Notes under the pieces: generated by a model
What the model saw: only the letters and a program-made list of their open reading frames with translations
Told to the model about the DNA's origin: nothing
Database searches by the model: none
Part shown: piece by piece, positions 59,001 to 64,000 of the stretch
Layout of the letters: each line of letters begins with the position of its first letter
How positions within the stretch are numbered: position 1 is the first letter of the stretch
NCBI GenBank assembly: GCA_964016885.1
Contig: OZ024746.1
Span: forward strand, 31,496,001-31,560,000
Direction: 5' to 3'
Source: Eledone cirrhosa
Taxonomy: Eukaryota
Length of the DNA stretch: 64,000 nucleotides
Made by a program: the position numbers and the translations under genes

Positions 59001-61023
59001 GGGTGGTTGGATGGTTGGATGGTTAGATGGTTGGTGTGTATAATGTTAGATAGTTGGCTAGCTGGGTGGTTGGATGGTTAGATGGTTGGTGTGTATAATG
59101 TTAGATAGTTGGCTGGCTGGATGGTTGGATGGTTAGATGGTTGGTGTGTATAATGTTAGATAGTTGGCTGGCTGGGTGGTTGGATGGTTGGATGGTTAGA
59201 TGGTTGGTGTGTATAATGTTAGATAGTTGGCTGGCTGGGTGGTTGCATGGTTGAATGGTTAGATGGTTGGTGTGTATAATGTTAGATAGTTGGCTGGCTG
59301 GGTGGTTGGATGGTAGGATGGTTAGATGGTTGGTGTGTATAATGTTAGATAGTTGGCTGGCTGGGTGGTTGGATGGTTGGATGGTTAGATGGTTGGTGTG
59401 TATAATGTTAGATAGTTGGCTGGCTGGGTGGTTGGATGGTTGGATGGTTAGATGGTTGGTGTGTATAATGTTAGATAGTTGGCTGGCTGGGTGGTTGGAT
59501 GGTTGGATGGTTAGATGGTTGGTGTGTATAATGTTAGATAGTTGGCTGGCTGGGTGGTTGGATGGTTGGATGGTTAGATGGTTGGTGTGTATAATGTTAG
59601 ATAGTTGGCTGGCTGGGTGGTTGGATGGTTAGATGGTTGGTGTGTATAATGTTAGATAGTTGGCTGGCTGGATGGTTGGATGGTTAGATGGTTGGTGTGT
59701 ATAATGTTAGATAGTTGGCTGGCTGGGTGGTTGGATGGTTGGATGGTTAGATGGTTGGTGTGTATAATGTTAGATAGTTGGCTGGCTGGGTGGTTGGATG
59801 GTTAGATGGTTAGATGGTTGGTGTGTATAATGTTAGATAGTTGGCTTGCTGGGTGGTTGAATGGTTAGATGGTTGGTGTGTATAATGTTAGATAGTTGGC
59901 TGACTGGCTGGTTGGATGGTTGGATGGTTAGATGGTTGGTGTGTATAATGTTAGATAGTTGGCTGGCTGGGTGGTTGGATGGTTGGATGGTTAGATGGTT
60001 GGTGTGTATAATGTTAGATAGTTGGCTGGCTGGGTGGTTGGATGGTTGGATGGTTAGATGGTTGGTGTGTATAATGTTAGATAGTTGGCTGGCTGGGTGG
60101 TTGGATGGTTGGATGGTTAGATGGTTGGTGTGTATAATGTTAGATAGTTGGCTGGCTGGGTGGTTGGATGGTTGGATGGTTAGATGGTTGGTGTGTATAA
60201 TGTTAGATAGTTGGCTGGCTGGGTGGTTGGATGGTTGGATGGTTAGATGGTTGGTGTGTATAATGTTAGATAGTTGGCTGGCTGGGTGGTTGGATGGTTG
60301 GATGGTTAGATGGTTGGTGTGTATAATGTTAGATAGTTGGCTGGCTGGGTGGTTGGATGGTTGGATGGTTAGATGGTTGGTGTGTATAATGTTAGATAGT
60401 TGGCTGGCTGGGTGGTTGGATGGTTAGATGGTTGGTGTGTATAATGTTAGATAGTTGGCTGGCTGGGTGGTTGGATGGTTAGATGGTTGGTGTGTATAAT
60501 GTTAGATAGTTGGCTGGCTGGGTGGTTGGATGGTTAGATGGTTGGTGTGTATAATGTTAGATAGTTGGCTGGCTGGCTGGTTGGATGGTTGGATGGTTAG
60601 ATGGTTGGTGTGTATAATGTTAGATAGTTGGCTGGCTGGCTGGTGGGATGGTTAGATGGTTGGTGTGTATAATGTTAGATAGTTGGCTGGCTGGGTGGTT
60701 GGATGGTTGGATGGTTAGATGGTTGGTGTGTATAATGTTAGGTACTTGGCTGGCTGGGTGGTTGAATGGTTAGATGGTTAGATGGTTGGTGTGTATAACG
60801 TTAGATAGTTGGGTGGTTGGATGGTTGGATGGATGGTGTGTATAATGTTAGATAGTTGGGTGGTTGGATGGTTGGTGTGTATAATGTTAGGTACTTGGCT
60901 GGCTGGGTGGTTGAATGGTTAGATGGTTAGATGGTTGGTGTGTATAATGTTAGATAGTTTGCTGGATGGTTGGATGTCATAAAAACTGGCAATTGACCTG
61001 TGACCTGTGCAGACAGGAGAGGG

Positions 61024-61142
61024 ATAATAATAATGAAATTATTGTGTACAGTGCTCAGGTGCACTACAACTCATCAAAGGTGCATGTATAGTACATAGAA
61101 TAATGTACAAATGTCAGGAAAATGAACAGTGTATGAGTCATG

Positions 61143-61175
<33 letters not shown>

Positions 61176-62411
61176 AATATTGTGTACAGTGCCTAGGTGC
61201 ACCACATCTCATCAAAAAGTGCATGTACAGTACATAGAGCAATGCACAAACATCAATAAAATGAACAGTGCACGAGTCATGATACACACATGTGTGCATG
61301 TGTATGGAAGGGGTACATCAGGTATAGTTTTGGCGTATTTTGGGAAGCATGAGTGTCTTAAAGGATGCAGTGTCTCGGCAGCTAACAACTGATGCAGGCA
61401 GTTTGTTCCATGCTTCAGCAACTCTGAGCGTGAAAAAATGTCTACGAAAGTCATGGGAGCTGTGCTGTTTTCTGATGTTGTAGGCATGTCTACGTGTGTT
61501 AGACACATGGAGATCAAAAAGGTGCTCAGGGTTGCAATTGGCGAGATGGTTAATAACTTTGTGAGTATTCACCAAGTCCATTGCCAGACGTCGGAGCTTC
61601 AATGAATCCATGCCCAGGGAAGCAAGGCGTTCAGAGTATGGTAGGTGTCTGATGGAGGGTATGCGCTTGGTTGCACGTCTCTGAACAGTTTCCAGGAGGT
61701 CAATGTTCTGAGCAAGATAGGGGTTCCAGACTGATGATGCGAATTCCAAGTGTGGTCGTACCATAGCTGTATACAGTTTTAAATAGATGGCTGGAGAGCG
61801 GCTAACAAAGGTCTTGCTGAGTGATGCCAAGACACCCTCGGCCTTCTTGACAATCTTAGAGACATGCTTTGTCCAACGCAAATCGCTGCTGACAGTAATG
61901 CCCAGGTCACGTTCACAAGAGGACTTCTTGATATCAGTGCTGTGGAGGGAGTATGTGGATGCTGGATTTTTCCTTCCAAAATGCATGGTGGTACACTTGT
62001 CCACAACCAGCTTCAGTTGCCAGTCTGTGATCCATTGCTGCATTGTGTCCAGGTCTGATTGTAAGAAAGAGTTGTAAATTTCAGGATCAGTTCTTTTGAT
62101 TTCAAGGTACAGCTTGATGTCATCTGCATATTTCAGTACCGTGGCATTCTGTAAGTTGGCATCTATGTCATTAATATATGCCACAAACAAAAGGGGACCA
62201 AGAACAGATCCCTGTGGTACACCAGATGACATCTCATATGGTGAAGAATGCTGTCCTAGAACCGTGACTACTTCTTTTCGGCTGAGAATGAAGGATTTCA
62301 ACCAGTCAAAAAGATCATCCCTCACACCCATTGCAGAGAGTTTTGCCATAAGTCTTTTGTGTGGCACAGAATTAAAAGCCTTAGCAAAGTCAAGGTAAAC
62401 AACATCCACCC
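61024..62411 (-). mobile_element. 5'-truncated CR1-clade LINE (RT C-terminal half, open 363 codons) plus a second short 3'-end copy
   Basis: DVVYLDFAKAF, GVPQGSVLGPLLF, YADD, ERDLG, RPHLEFASSVWNPY, QRRATK, WNKLP; (ATT)n tails at 61147-61173 and 61024-61033. Confidence 0.95.
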
Positions 62412-62509
62412 ATGAGCCGCTGTCAGTGATCCGGGTGATGTATAAATGTTGTATTTAAAAATAGACGTATCTCCACTCCCACCCACACTCATTTTAGGGC
62501 TTGTTTTTA

Positions 62510-62965
62510 TGCTTGTGGTATATGGTTTAGTTTTGAAGGTGTTCAGCCCATGGCAGGACATTGTGTCCTTGAGCAAGACACTTTATTTCACATACTTCCA
62601 GTCCAAACATGAGTTGCACCTAAAAATTCAAAAAGCCAGCCTTGTCACACACTGTCAAGCTGAATCTTGCTGAGAAGCACATTAACCCTTTAGTACTTAA
62701 TCCGGCTGTATCCAGCCAGAATTCTCTCATCTCTTCCTGTTCAAACCGGCCATAACTTACTACTCATACTGATGTTAATGTATTGTTCTCAAAATTAATA
62801 ATATCAAAATCTCATAGATTTGAGATTATGTGAGATATTATTTGAGATAAAGCCTTTACCATGAAAATACAATAGTAAATACAGAGTAATGTAAACGCTA
62901 AAGGGTTAAGGGTGCATGTATTTGTGGAATGCTCAGCCACTTGCATCTTAATTTCACGCACAGAC
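62510..62965 (+). mobile_element. Degenerate SINE interrupted by a MITE
   Basis: gtgtccttgagcaagacacttt core; resumes after the MITE with gggtgcatgtatttgtggaatgctcagccacttgca. Confidence 0.75.
62682..62909 (+). mobile_element. Complete TTAA MITE (family B)
   Basis: TTAA-CCCTTTAG...CTAAAGGG-TTAA; the homologous SINE at ~26930 has a single TTAA (empty site). Confidence 0.9.
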
Positions 62966-63200
62966 TGTTTTGTTGTTTGAACAGCTGTTCAGTAAACATT
63001 AACTTTGTTATCTATTATTCTGAAATAAATGAGAGAAAAACAAACTGATAAACGATACAATGAGATTCCTATGCTTACAAGTTGTTAACCTATTTGTGGT
63101 GGGCTCTGATAACTGATCACTGATCTCTGGTCTCAATTGTGTGAATGACAGAAACCGGAAACAGTAGCAGTCTCATAAACAAGAAGATATATTTACATAC

Positions 63201-63238
63201 CTTTTCTCATGTTGAAAACGATTTACATAGATCTAACT
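63201..63238 (-). CDS. Candidate upstream exon of the same gene (ATG AGA AAA G, giving MRKGCYKRSNI-MVMSS...)
   Basis: Acceptor cttattccctccacttatttag, donor AAG|gtatgt, caacATG context. Its phase-1 end matches the open phase-1 start of exon 30924. It is short and could occur by chance. Confidence 0.35.
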
Positions 63239-63743
63239 CTAAATAAGTGGAGGGAATAAGCATTTGGTAGGTTACAGATGGCCTGTCTTGGTGTTAACAT
63301 AGATCAATGTATATCAGCATTAATCCATTGTCAGAGCAAGAGCAACTAGCATAGACGTTGTAGTCAGTAGTGTGTTTATAGAACATTTAGTTCTAACCAG
63401 TTAGATAGCTTGATATCACACGCCCCAACACACTCTGTCTCTCTCTCTCACACATATACCCCCCCCCCCCCACACACACAGACACCTACACACACATACA
63501 CACTAACAGTTATCAGATTTATAGGTAACATCTGTATTACTGAGATCTATATCCCCACCACTGAATTGTAGTACTTTATCTAATGAAGTATAACTTGTAT
63601 TACATACATTTCCTTAGCCAACTTGCTCCTACTTATAAACTAAATAAGCTATAGCTTAGTGCCACACACCTTTGGGGGCCTCATTTTTATAAAATATATT
63701 TTTATTTTGTCATTAGCTTTTATTCTTTAACATTAAATCATCA

Positions 63744-63748
<5 letters not shown>

Positions 63749-63813
<65 letters not shown>

Positions 63814-63953
63814 TCATCATCATCATCATCATCATCGTTTAATGTCCACTTTTCCACACTAGCATGTATTAGATGGGTTGTCTCATTTGAGGCAAGTTGG
63901 GTCAGGTGACCGTGTCTTACTGACACAGGTGATTATGGTGATGATGATGATGA

Positions 63954-64000
<47 letters not shown>
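63749..64000. repeat. (TA)n tracts flanking a minus-strand RTE/SINE tail with (ATC)n and (GAT)n runs
   Basis: Direct observation. Confidence 0.9.

Larger units (their letters stand above)
40470..60976 (+). repeat. ~20.5-kb satellite, mostly 55/63-bp units: GTGTGTATAATGTTAGATAGTTGGCTGGCTGG[G/A]TGGTT(GGATGGTT)1-2AGATGGTTG
   Basis: Roughly 350 highly similar units; length varies by the 8-bp module; higher-order duplications visible. Confidence 0.99.

Noticed and set aside
41756-60427. Trp-rich [21 protein letters not shown] repeat proteins
   Set aside because: Translation of 63-bp units; the frame breaks at each 55-bp unit and there are no splice signals or unique coding flanks
40470-60976. 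Telomeric or interstitial telomeric repeat
   Set aside because: G-rich, but no TTAGGG or TTAGG tandem runs

Overview
Repeat-rich, AT-rich animal genomic DNA. The SINE, LINE and microsatellite content looks like an octopus genome (inferred, not confirmed). About 90% of the window is transposons and tandem repeats, and most entries in the ORF track are artefacts of these. The main hidden feature is a spliced minus-strand gene that I assembled by hand: 12 GT-AG coding exons from 30901 down to 1133, with every intron phase compatible. It encodes about 458 aa with an N-terminal transmembrane anchor and a GalT/HIT-superfamily catalytic domain (FNPLRSKRP, CDFC, ASASQVHPHMH). A possible further 5' exon lies at 63201-63238. 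Its introns hold a 4.4-kb 45-bp minisatellite grown from the end of a TTAA MITE, three RTE-clade LINEs with a PHD-type finger inside the RT (one copy inverted relative to the other two), and a Penelope-like element lacking its RT core, with a degenerate hammerhead-like motif. A mariner relic and many SINEs and MITEs are also present. The right third is a ~20.5-kb 55/63-bp satellite with higher-order duplications and site-specific SINE insertions, followed by a CR1 fragment.
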